DNA of 62,828 bases from a virus (lineage: Duplodnaviria; Caudoviricetes). This document shows positions 29,376 to 38,122 of the stretch, one piece after another; position 1 is the stretch's first letter; each line of letters starts with the position of its first letter. The position numbers and the translations under genes are program-made. The notes under the pieces were generated by a model. It was not told the origin of the DNA, ran no database searches, and saw only the letters and a program-made list of their open reading frames with translations. The stretch spans positions 1 through 62,828 of IMG/VR virus record IMGVR_UViG_3300003873_000011. The stretch is one strand, 5' to 3'.

Positions 29376-32308
29376 TGGCTTGTAAACCTATAGATAAGAA
29401 ACAATTAAAAATAGATATGACTGCTCAGTTAAAACATGATAATCCTCACTTAACTGATGCAGAGCTTAGTAGAGAAGTAGAGATAATCTATGATAGGGCT
29501 ATAAAGAAGCTTAATGAGCCTAAATCAGGCTTTAATGAAGCTCTTACACATAAGATATACGAAGGACAAAAACCTCCTTATATTGTCCCTGTAAATGGTT
29601 TATGGGATACTGTACAAGGTCTTACCACTTATGCTATCGGAGCTGGTATTATTAAACCTATTAAGTATGTTGCTGATACTATACCTTTTAAAGATACTGC
29701 CGACTATCTAGTTGTAAAACCTGCTAAATACATATTTAACTCTGATTGGGCACAAGACTATCATAAAAAAGGTATGTCTAACTCAGAAGGTATTTATCAT
29801 AAAACAGTAGAAAACTTAAAGAATAGATCTACTCCTAGTGATTTTGTTAAGAGGGTAGCTTCTTATATGCAATTAACTGAAGGTGTAGATTACAAAGCTA
29901 TGAGTGACCAACTATCTAAGTTAGGTGAAGCTGCTAGAGAAAGGAATGAAATAGATAGAACTATTTTAAATAAGGCTTTGAAGTCATTTAGAAAAGTAAC
30001 TAAGGATTATACAACTAAGCAGAAGAAGCAATTATCTTCATTATTTAACTTCTCTCACATACACCTAGTATCTGACGATAGTATATCTACAATGTCTGAT
30101 ATTGATAGTAAAATAGACTCTTTAACAAAAGAACTTAATAGTACTATCCAAAATACTAAACTATTAGAGTATGGTATAGGTAAAAGTACTAAAGAATTAG
30201 CTAACTTTTATCACACTAGAAAGTTGGCTAATCTTGTTGATGAAGGTTGGAGTGAGAGAGATATTTATAGTACTTTAAGAGGTAAGTATTTAGAAACTTA
30301 CATGACACTTGTAGCTTACCAACAATTAAAGTTAGGTGGTAAAGAACAATTAGCTACCTTAAATAAGTTTAAATCTGATGGTAAAGAAAGTGGTATTTAT
30401 ACTGAACTTAAGATACTATCTAGGTCTGCTTCAATGATAGGGAACGAGATTGATGTTGATATGAGAGGTAAATCAATGTTTAAGCTAGATAATAAGACTG
30501 GTAGAAGACTTCACTTTAAGAAGAACTACAAGTTTGAAACTGTAATGTCTAAAGCTGAGTTAGCTAAATTAGATCCTAAAGATAACTGGAAAGAGTTAAG
30601 ACCGTATAAGTTAGGGCAGGTAGGTGTTTATGTTAAGGAGAGGGCTAGTTTTGGTCAAGAGTCTGGTATTGTGTCTAGTACAACTGTTCCTGATGATGGT
30701 ATTCATATATCCCATGACACTTACTTAAAATATAAGTTTAATCTAAAAGACAATAACATAGAGAAGAGAATGTATGATAAAAAACCTAGGTATGTACTTA
30801 GATTAACTCAAGATATGTTAGACCAATTAGAAATAGATGATGAAGTTCCTAGTGCTATGTATCGTTCTTTTGCTCATAATGTAGAAATATCTGATAGTAT
30901 GAGCACTATTAAACATATTATCAACCATCAAACTAGGAGGGCTTACCGACCTTCTGAATTAGCTAAAATAGAGTCTGATTTGAAGAAAGGTATTAGACCT
31001 ATGTTTCTTAATTTTGATTTTAGTGCTGATTCTTTAGTAGATTTAAAAGATTACCCTTTGGTTAAGGAGAATTATACTTCTACAGCTAAAAGGAAAGATG
31101 GTACTGGTACAGGTATAACTAGTACACTAGAGCTACCAAGATATGCTACTATGGTACATAAAGATATTAGAGATCAAATGTTAGGTTACTCTAAAGATCC
31201 TATATTTAAAAATAGGAACAGGTACTTATTTAAGGCTGAACAACTCTTACGAGATGCTGTTACCATGTTTTCAGTACATGTTGCTATTGTTAACCCTATT
31301 AAGATAGGTATGGATATTGTATCAAATGCCAGTATTCTAGCTATTCATCAAGTACCTCTTAGGTCTATCAAGAAGTATAGTACAGAAGCTATCAAACTAC
31401 ATAAAGAGTTCTCTAAACTATCCCAAGAGAAGATTATCTTAAGTATTACTTTAAGAGGTCTTACTGAGAAAGATTCTGCTTATAAAGCTACTAAAGCTAG
31501 ATATGATAGAGTTGTAAAAAAAGTCAATAACCATGAGTTTAAAGCTGCATCTGATAATGGTTTTTTACAGTCTTTATCTACACAAATGCTTGTAGGTGAT
31601 AGTGAAGCTGTTGAAGGTCTTCAAAGTAGAGTTGACGAACTCTTGTCTAAAGTTGATAACTACCCTAAATTTGCTAAAATACTCCAATCTATCTCTGATA
31701 CTGGACCATCTATAGTAGATTTACTTGAGTATGCTAACAGTAAAGTAACTGGTGATGGTACTATAAGTACTGAGCTAGAACGCATATCTAATAAGTTTAG
31801 AACATTCAAAGATAATAAACAACATTTAGCTTTTGTTAGTGAGATTTTAGCTGTTCCTGGTCAATCTGAGTTAGTTCGTTATGGTGGTGCTATGGTTACT
31901 ATGGTGGATTTAATAGCTAAATGGACTCTATATAAGCATACTATGGATGAATCTATAGGTTCTAGTCAATCTGTTAAAGATAGAGAAGATAAAGCTATTG
32001 ATGTAGTTCAAGGTAGTTTTATTGACTATAGAGCAGCATTGCCAGAAGAGATTGACCAACTTAAAGATTTAGGTTTATTTATGTTTCCTCATTTTACTAT
32101 GAGAATACAGAAAGCTATCTGGTCTATGTTATATAGAAGAACTTTGTCTACTGGTGTTACCTATGCAGGTATGAATGAGCTTACTAATGTAGGTAATACC
32201 CATATTATTAACTCTAACATTTGGGATAAGAAGTTAGCTCATTTAGACCCAGATAATCCTAATATCTTAGGACCTTATACATTCTACGAGCTGATGGGAC
32301 TTAAATAA
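29375..32308 (+). CDS. Split virion RNAP block, part 4 (N4 vRNAP C-terminal-like domain)
   Basis: MVHKDIRDQMLGY, DLIAKWTLYKH and FIDY...LKDLGLFMFPHFTMRIQK resemble the N4 vRNAP C-terminus; the only Cys is residue 3. Confidence 0.7.
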   Translation: MACKPIDKKQLKIDMTAQLKHDNPHLTDAELSREVEIIYDRAIKKLNEPKSGFNEALTHKIYEGQKPPYIVPVNGLWDTVQGLTTYAIGAGIIKPIKYVADTIPFKDTADYLVVKPAKYIFNSDWAQDYHKKGMSNSEGIYHKTVENLKNRSTPSDFVKRVASYMQLTEGVDYKAMSDQLSKLGEAARERNEIDRTILNKALKSFRKVTKDYTTKQKKQLSSLFNFSHIHLVSDDSISTMSDIDSKIDSLTKELNSTIQNTKLLEYGIGKSTKELANFYHTRKLANLVDEGWSERDIYSTLRGKYLETYMTLVAYQQLKLGGKEQLATLNKFKSDGKESGIYTELKILSRSASMIGNEIDVDMRGKSMFKLDNKTGRRLHFKKNYKFETVMSKAELAKLDPKDNWKELRPYKLGQVGVYVKERASFGQESGIVSSTTVPDDGIHISHDTYLKYKFNLKDNNIEKRMYDKKPRYVLRLTQDMLDQLEIDDEVPSAMYRSFAHNVEISDSMSTIKHIINHQTRRAYRPSELAKIESDLKKGIRPMFLNFDFSADSLVDLKDYPLVKENYTSTAKRKDGTGTGITSTLELPRYATMVHKDIRDQMLGYSKDPIFKNRNRYLFKAEQLLRDAVTMFSVHVAIVNPIKIGMDIVSNASILAIHQVPLRSIKKYSTEAIKLHKEFSKLSQEKIILSITLRGLTEKDSAYKATKARYDRVVKKVNNHEFKAASDNGFLQSLSTQMLVGDSEAVEGLQSRVDELLSKVDNYPKFAKILQSISDTGPSIVDLLEYANSKVTGDGTISTELERISNKFRTFKDNKQHLAFVSEILAVPGQSELVRYGGAMVTMVDLIAKWTLYKHTMDESIGSSQSVKDREDKAIDVVQGSFIDYRAALPEEIDQLKDLGLFMFPHFTMRIQKAIWSMLYRRTLSTGVTYAGMNELTNVGNTHIINSNIWDKKLAHLDPDNPNILGPYTFYELMGLK

Positions 32309-32516
32309 GTCCTGCTCGTTCCATCTTATAATAATTATCTAACTCTTTAGTGATGTTATACTCTTCTTCTCTAAAGTGTTGTTGTTCATATATACCTTCA
32401 TTTACTAGGTTTAAGTACTCATTGTACTCATCTTGAGCTTTGTTCATTTCCTCTTGTCTAATTGCCTCTAGTTCAATCTCAGCTTCTGTGAGACCAAATA
32501 TTAATTTTTCTTTCAT
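32301..32516 (-). CDS. Small acidic hypothetical protein
   Basis: AAGGA RBS and ATG; 71 aa; opposite strand to its neighbours. Confidence 0.55.
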   Translation of the reverse strand: MKEKLIFGLTEAEIELEAIRQEEMNKAQDEYNEYLNLVNEGIYEQQHFREEEYNITKELDNYYKMERAGLI

Positions 32517-32572
32517 TTAATTCCTTGTTTTGTTTGTTTATTTTTTATGTTTGTCTCCTTTCTTTTTTATTA

Positions 32573-32581
32573 TGTTATAAT
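32573..32581 (+). promoter_or_regulatory. Extended -10 promoter for transglycosylase gene
   Basis: TGTTATAAT about 30 nt upstream of ATG 32610. Confidence 0.5.
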
Positions 32582-32609
32582 TGTATTAAAATTATGTGAG
32601 GTACTTTAT

Positions 32610-33371
32610 ATGCAACAACCTATTCAAGGTCTATCTAGTATGAACCAAGCTATGCAAGGTATTCAAGGTGTGCAAGGTGTACAAGCGTCAGGGTTTACTC
32701 CTAGTAGGCATACTTTTCAATACAACCCTCAACCTAGAGGTATACGATCTGTAGGTATTAACACTAGTTTCAATAATCAAGCTAACCCTACTTCTGTCCA
32801 AACAATCACTAACCCTAACACAGACTCTTATCTCAAACAATTAGCTAATGTAGAGTCTCAAGGTAAGTATGACGCATATAACAAGGGTTCTGGTGCTTAT
32901 GGTAAGTATCAGTTCATACCTAGTACTGAACAAGCCTATATGAAAAAACTAGGTTACACTCAAGCACAAGCTAGAACCCCAGAAGGGCAAGAGGCTATGA
33001 TTAGGAGGCTTACTGCTGATAATAGAGCTGGACTAATTAAAGCTGGGTATAAACCTACTAATATGAATTTGTGGTTAGCCCATAATCAAGGTTTAGGTGG
33101 AGCTAAAGCTATACTTAGTGGTGGTAACGTTAATATGCATAATATACGAAGTAACATACCTAAAGGTAAAGGTACTGTACAGGACTACCTAAATTATTGG
33201 GGTAGTAGGTTTGGTGGTAGTAACCAAACTTACGCCCCCCCTACCAATCCTACTGTTAATAAAGTTACTACTTACAAACCCTCTATACCTATAGAAGCAG
33301 GGTTGACTCAAACTGATTATGATGAACTGGACTCTATTATGAGGGAGTATGGGTTAGACACTAGGGGTTAG
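32610..33371 (+). CDS. Lytic transglycosylase/lysozyme-like protein (probable virion-associated muralytic enzyme)
   Basis: LANVESQG (catalytic Glu), SGAYGKYQFIPST, LAHNQG; likely start 32610 after GAGG. Confidence 0.8.
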   Translation: MQQPIQGLSSMNQAMQGIQGVQGVQASGFTPSRHTFQYNPQPRGIRSVGINTSFNNQANPTSVQTITNPNTDSYLKQLANVESQGKYDAYNKGSGAYGKYQFIPSTEQAYMKKLGYTQAQARTPEGQEAMIRRLTADNRAGLIKAGYKPTNMNLWLAHNQGLGGAKAILSGGNVNMHNIRSNIPKGKGTVQDYLNYWGSRFGGSNQTYAPPTNPTVNKVTTYKPSIPIEAGLTQTDYDELDSIMREYGLDTRG

Positions 33372-33398
33372 ATCTAGTAGATTTCTTTTCTTAGATAG

Positions 33399-33944
33399 CT
33401 ATAATGGTTTACAGACCATATCTCTTTTAAACTTTATATAGGAGTTATAGTCTTTTAGTTTAAAATATTTAAATGCTTTAGATATAGCTTGTTCCTTTGA
33501 ATGAGCTGTAAAGTTCCTATTAATAAAGTAGAATTCCTCTACATAATCTCTAGCTCTTACATTATACTCTCGTATAACAAAGTTATGCTGTTGTCTAAAT
33601 TCTAACTCTCTAATAAGTACTTTAATATACTTACTTTTGTACTGTGATCTTATAATATCCACTATATGATTTGTAGTTAAATCTTTAATTTTTACTATCT
33701 TTAACTCTTCTGCATTGTAACTCTCCCAAGTAAGTTCTTCTCTCAGCTTCCTAATATTGTCAGATTCGTACAGAGATGTTTCTATGTAATCAACTTTATC
33801 ACATACCCTCCTATTGTAGCTCAATCCACCATCTACAGCGTAGTATTGCCCATTATTATCAGTATACTCTACAAAATCATAAGTACTCTTAGATTCTAGT
33901 ATTGTACCATCTGGTGTAACTATACTATTTCTTAGTAAACTCAT
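33399..33944 (-). CDS. Conserved hypothetical phage protein
   Basis: TPDGTILESK...DFVEY...AVDGGLSY pattern common in phages. Confidence 0.6.
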   Translation of the reverse strand: MSLLRNSIVTPDGTILESKSTYDFVEYTDNNGQYYAVDGGLSYNRRVCDKVDYIETSLYESDNIRKLREELTWESYNAEELKIVKIKDLTTNHIVDIIRSQYKSKYIKVLIRELEFRQQHNFVIREYNVRARDYVEEFYFINRNFTAHSKEQAISKAFKYFKLKDYNSYIKFKRDMVCKPL

Positions 33945-34397
33945 TTACTTACTTTCTTTGGCTTGTCTTAAGCAATCTTCTAAATATTCAATATCTTTTT
34001 CTTTTACATCACTTAAGTCTATATCTCTATATACAAATAAATGTGTTAAACTATATACACTATCAGCTAGTTCTTCAATACTTAGTTCTAACTCCTCAAA
34101 CCTCTCTTCAAAATCATCCCCCAAAGCTAACTTGTTATCTAACCAAATGTTACTATTTTTAGTTGATACTCTCTCTATTTTAGTTATTAACTCACCCCAT
34201 TTATCAAATGTTTGTACTAATCTTAAATAAGTACTATCTTCTAAATGTACCCATACAATACTTTCTTGAAAAGCACCATAATCTACCTTACTTGGGTAAA
34301 TCTCGTTAATTTCAGCTGTAATCTCTTTATATTCACCTATTTCAGGTTCAAATTCTCTCAATAACTCTTTAAATTCTTCCAATATTTTATTCTCCAT
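33945..34397 (-). CDS. Hypothetical acidic protein
   Basis: 150-aa ORF abutting the next gene. Confidence 0.55.
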   Translation of the reverse strand: MENKILEEFKELLREFEPEIGEYKEITAEINEIYPSKVDYGAFQESIVWVHLEDSTYLRLVQTFDKWGELITKIERVSTKNSNIWLDNKLALGDDFEERFEELELSIEELADSVYSLTHLFVYRDIDLSDVKEKDIEYLEDCLRQAKESK

Positions 34398-34471
34398 TTG
34401 CTTTATTAATTCTCTTGTGATCTATTAAATCTCTTCGTTTCAACTGAGTATTGACTCAGCATACTTTTCCT

Positions 34472-34732
34472 CTATATATTACTGACATATTTAGGATTAT
34501 ACTCTATATCATCCTCTGAGTCTTTCTCAAATGCACTTACTGTAACACCATCCCCATAAAAGCTGTTTATATTATTCCATACAATTACTTTGTTATGATG
34601 TTTAAATAGAAATTTAATATGGTTTTTAAGACTCTTGTAGTCTCCTTTAGACATTAATGACTTAACCTGCTTTTTGTCTGTACATACTATTTGTTTGTAT
34701 ATATCTGCTTCTTCTAACTGTCTGTTCTTCAT
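34472..34732 (-). CDS. Hypothetical protein
   Basis: AAGGA RBS and ATG. Confidence 0.55.
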   Translation of the reverse strand: MKNRQLEEADIYKQIVCTDKKQVKSLMSKGDYKSLKNHIKFLFKHHNKVIVWNNINSFYGDGVTVSAFEKDSEDDIEYNPKYVSNI

Positions 34733-35331
34733 ATTTATCCTTATCTATATAGTTCTTTATTTGCTTTGGTGTTAGACTTACACCCTTTGTTCTTTTTCAT
34801 TTTAGTACCCTCTTGGTAGTTTTTTAGTAGCTCTCTGTTGTTTTTTGTTCATATTATCCCTTATTTATACAGTTTTGGTAGTTCACCTAAATCCAACCTA
34901 TTGTAATTAATATCTTTTATTGGATGTACAATCTTTTGTACACTCTTTCCTTCTTTTTTATCTCCAGCTTAAAGTATGAATCTAGTATAAGTTTACTTAA
35001 GGTTTGTATAAAAACAATAAAAATACTGATTTGTCTTAATGTCTACTCTGACACACCCCTAGAAACTTATACTATATATACACTACTACTTATTATTATA
35101 CTAACTAACTAACTTTATTATATAAAACATCTAATAACTTATACTAAGCATATATACCTTAGTATAGATAGTATAACTTTGAGAGAGGGGGTACCCTTAC
35201 TCTTTTTTAAATTTAAACAAATTTTAGATAATCAGTACCAATATTTACCCAAGTCTTCTATCAATAGTGGTTGTCTTTTATATAGTTTTGGTAGTTCGCC
35301 TAAAATGTCTTCTTTAAATGTTTACTATTAG

Positions 35332-35934
35332 CTAATCTCTCATCCAATTTGGTATTACTCTTGGTCCTTTATAACTTCTTAATTTCATAACAGTTAAATT
35401 AGAAGAGGCTGGTTTAGCTAATACTGCTGGTTTAGTTGAACTAGCTGCTTTGCCTTTAGTCCCATTACTGAAACTCATGTATAACTTAGCATCCCAATGA
35501 TTTATTAAAACTTCTGGTACAGCAGGAATATCTTTTTTGGTTGCTATATCCTTATTATGTGCTATAATAATTAAAGTGTTATCTTTGTGTAAGTCTTCTA
35601 ATAGGTCTTTATTAGCATTGTAGTGTGGCTCAAACAGTGCCCAAGTATCTATAACTATAACTACACCTTTGGGGATTATAGCTTCTTTAGTCATGTATTT
35701 GGCAATAAATTTTATACCATCTACATGTGTGTATTTACATTCATTTGCCTCTTGGCTATCGTTCCCATCAAAGTCTAGTAGGATAGGAGTAATACCATCC
35801 TCATTTAAAGCTTTAATAGAGCTTACAGTTTTACCTAGACCAGACTCTCCGTATAAACAGTTAATTCCGTCTTTCTTAAATACTTTTCCAAGCATACTTA
35901 TTTCCTTATATTCTGTAATTATATTACTTAACAT
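35332..35934 (-). CDS. P-loop ATPase (RecA/AAA_25-like)
   Basis: Walker A YGESGLGKT, Walker B VIVIDTW, IIIAH. Confidence 0.75.
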   Translation of the reverse strand: MLSNIITEYKEISMLGKVFKKDGINCLYGESGLGKTVSSIKALNEDGITPILLDFDGNDSQEANECKYTHVDGIKFIAKYMTKEAIIPKGVVIVIDTWALFEPHYNANKDLLEDLHKDNTLIIIAHNKDIATKKDIPAVPEVLINHWDAKLYMSFSNGTKGKAASSTKPAVLAKPASSNLTVMKLRSYKGPRVIPNWMRD

Positions 35935-35968
35935 TAGTTCCTGAGTTTGTTTATTTATAAGCTTAAGG

Positions 35969-36128
35969 AGAGTGAGGTCTCAAGTCAGTCTCTTGTAATA
36001 AACTTAGAGGGACTCAAATTAATGAGTCCTGTAAAGATTGGCTTGAGACCCTCTAAATCTACATATTACCTAAAACTTTATAGATACTTACACCTATAAC
36101 GTACGTTACTACGGTGTAAGTATATCTA
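35969..36128. repeat. Two large inverted-repeat structures
   Basis: 35976-35991/36035-36050 (16 bp, two G-T pairs) enclosing GGACTCA/TGAGTCC; 36084-36094/36113-36123 (11 bp) enclosing palindrome TAACGTACGTTA. Confidence 0.85.
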
Positions 36129-36147
36129 AAAAACATTCCCTTGTCAA
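36119..36147 (-). promoter_or_regulatory. Sigma70-type promoter
   Basis: TTGACA-17 nt-TATACT on the minus strand. Confidence 0.65.
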
Positions 36148-36215
36148 TAGCAAAAACCACTATTTAGTTAAATTCTGTTAAATTTAAACAAATTTTATAC
36201 CATCTTCATCAATAC

Positions 36216-36680
36216 TCATCCAAATCTTCTATCAATAGTGGTTGTCTTTTGTATGTTGTGTTTAGCTAATAACTTTCTCACTTTTGTACTTTTGCTCATA
36301 GATAAGTAATACTCTTCTACAGGTAAAGCACCATTACCTATGAAGAATTTAATAGGTTTATTATAAACTCTCGTACGAACTCTCCCACAATTCTCACATA
36401 CCCAGTACTGGTAAGCATAGTTCTCAGATGACACTGTATCCTCATAACATCTTCCTGTTTCATGCATATCTGATGTATCCTTCTTACATCTACTCCTTGA
36501 ACGTTGTTTTACCTGTTTAGGAGTTTCATTTTTAAGCTTGTTTAAAAAGTTAATTCTAATATCCTCAATATCCTCTATTGGGCCAACCCAGAAGTTAAAT
36601 TTATTAAGTTCTTGTTTTATCTCTTCTGATGTAATTTCTCTATTTCTCTCTACTAATCTCTCAACCGATGTTATGAACAT
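36216..36680 (-). CDS. Hypothetical protein with CxxC (zinc-ribbon-like)
   Basis: WVCENCG; AAGGAG RBS. Confidence 0.55.
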   Translation of the reverse strand: MFITSVERLVERNREITSEEIKQELNKFNFWVGPIEDIEDIRINFLNKLKNETPKQVKQRSRSRCKKDTSDMHETGRCYEDTVSSENYAYQYWVCENCGRVRTRVYNKPIKFFIGNGALPVEEYYLSMSKSTKVRKLLAKHNIQKTTTIDRRFG

Positions 36681-37062
36681 TCAGCAACTCCTTATTTTCA
36701 TAAATATTACCTATAACTTCATAGTTTCCTGTACCCATAACAGATATATTAAATCCTGATCCAAAGTACATTACTTCTTTCACTGTGTTTTCTCTACTTA
36801 GGTAACTTTCACTAATAATATCACCTTCAAATATTTTAGTACCGTTTTTATCTTTTATACCAGTGTACTGTATTGTATTTATGACAGTTATATCTTCTTG
36901 GAAAAAATCATCATGGTCGTTACCTGAAAAATTATTTTCCACTACCTCTAGTAAAGATTCTAATCCATATTGAAGGTTAAGTATTTTTTCTAAAGTAAAC
37001 TCTTCTGTGACGTAAATCCCTATGTGTGTGTCTAGTACGTATTTAAACTCTAATTCCCTCAT
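36661..37062 (-). CDS. YopX family protein
   Basis: MRELEFK..., QYTGIKDKNGTKIFEGDI, EVIGNIYENKELL. Confidence 0.9.
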   Translation of the reverse strand: MRELEFKYVLDTHIGIYVTEEFTLEKILNLQYGLESLLEVVENNFSGNDHDDFFQEDITVINTIQYTGIKDKNGTKIFEGDIISESYLSRENTVKEVMYFGSGFNISVMGTGNYEVIGNIYENKELLNVHNIG

Positions 37063-37616
37063 TCTAATCCTTTACCATACTCTTTTTTAAACTGTGCTGG
37101 TGTCATTAAGTCCTCTATAATAATTTGTTTTGGTAAAAACTTATAACAGTAATATGCACTACTAAAAGTAACTTTAGTACTTATTTTACCTTTTTGTAAG
37201 AATAACATCCTCTGTGTGAACATTAATAGCTCTAAATCAACATCTTTAAACACCTTCTTAGGTCCTGAATCATTTAACCAAGCTAGTGTCATAATTAAAG
37301 CAAATGGTTTCCCAAAGCTCAAAGCTCGTTCAAAGAACTCTTTCTTTTTTTGAAAAGGTGGGTTTGATACTATTACGTCCCAATGCTCTTCTGGTTCATA
37401 TTCAAAGAAGTCTTCCCCATTATCTATATGACTAAATATCACCTTATTAGTCTTACTTATTTGTTTTACAAATTCACTGTGTTCTTTATCAAATGGGCAC
37501 CATACTACTGCATCCTTAGGTATGTACTTTAATATTGGTGTTACTCCATACTTAAATGTGTAACTCTCATCATCCCCTACTTTATTATAGAGTACTGCTT
37601 GACTATCTATCATCAT
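37059..37616 (-). CDS. N6-adenine methyltransferase (phage orphan type)
   Basis: VWCPFD, DFF, DVIVSNPPF catalytic motif, KPFALIM. Confidence 0.8.
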   Translation of the reverse strand: MMIDSQAVLYNKVGDDESYTFKYGVTPILKYIPKDAVVWCPFDKEHSEFVKQISKTNKVIFSHIDNGEDFFEYEPEEHWDVIVSNPPFQKKKEFFERALSFGKPFALIMTLAWLNDSGPKKVFKDVDLELLMFTQRMLFLQKGKISTKVTFSSAYYCYKFLPKQIIIEDLMTPAQFKKEYGKGLE

Positions 37617-37637
37617 ATTCCTTTATATTGTTTATTT

Positions 37638-37829
37638 TTATATTTCTCCCCACATTTGCAGTGTGGTGTATAGGTCTTTTATTTCACGTCTATTCAAAAT
37701 AAACTGCACTTGCTCTAAATTATCCTTACTTGTGTACTTTAAGTTTAGTTCTCCATTATCTTCAAAAGATAGTCTTAAGAACCCCTTATCAATTTTTTGT
37801 TTTAATTGTTGTTTGTTATTAATAATCAT
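37638..37829 (-). CDS. Hypothetical protein
   Basis: GGAG RBS; overlaps upstream stop. Confidence 0.5.
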   Translation of the reverse strand: MIINNKQQLKQKIDKGFLRLSFEDNGELNLKYTSKDNLEQVQFILNRREIKDLYTTLQMWGEI

Positions 37830-38122
37830 GTAATCTCCACTAAGTACCTATTAAACTTCTTACCGTTACCTTCATAATAACCATCTAACTCACCTACCCA
37901 AGTTAACAAAGTAAATTTTTTATCATTGCCAAATTTTACTAGTTTTATCCTGTCTATTAAGGTTGGACCTCTATTACTATCCCAGATAAACTCATCTTCT
38001 TGTCTCTTTATCTCTTTTATACCAAGTATTAAATTTACTGATATAATTAGAACTACAAGGTTTAACCATAAGTAAGACTGCCATAAACTTAGTATAAGCA
38101 GTATTGTTACTACCCCCCACAT
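37826..38122 (-). CDS. Hypothetical membrane protein
   Basis: Hydrophobic N-terminal hairpin. Confidence 0.5.
   Translation of the reverse strand: MWGVVTILLILSLWQSYLWLNLVVLIISVNLILGIKEIKRQEDEFIWDSNRGPTLIDRIKLVKFGNDKKFTLLTWVGELDGYYEGNGKKFNRYLVEIT

Larger units (their letters stand above)
35207..36250. repeat. 73-bp ungapped imperfect direct repeat (35207-35279 and 36178-36250)
   Basis: Identical blocks TTAAATTTAAACAAATTTTA and TCTTCTATCAATAGTGGTTGTCTTTT at the same spacing in both copies. Confidence 0.85.

Noticed and set aside
20215-29377. Stop-codon reassignment or readthrough joining the four large ORFs
   Set aside because: Consecutive ORFs are in different frames, each has its own RBS and ATG, and all three stop codons end genes normally elsewhere.
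20200-29390. Split inteins or protein trans-splicing at the Cys junctions
   Set aside because: No HINT block motifs or terminal His-Asn next to the junctions; the Cys sit at residue 3 and at the extreme C-termini.
34924-35112. 62-aa plus-strand ORF
   Set aside because: Lies in low-complexity AT-rich DNA against the local gene direction, with no convincing RBS.
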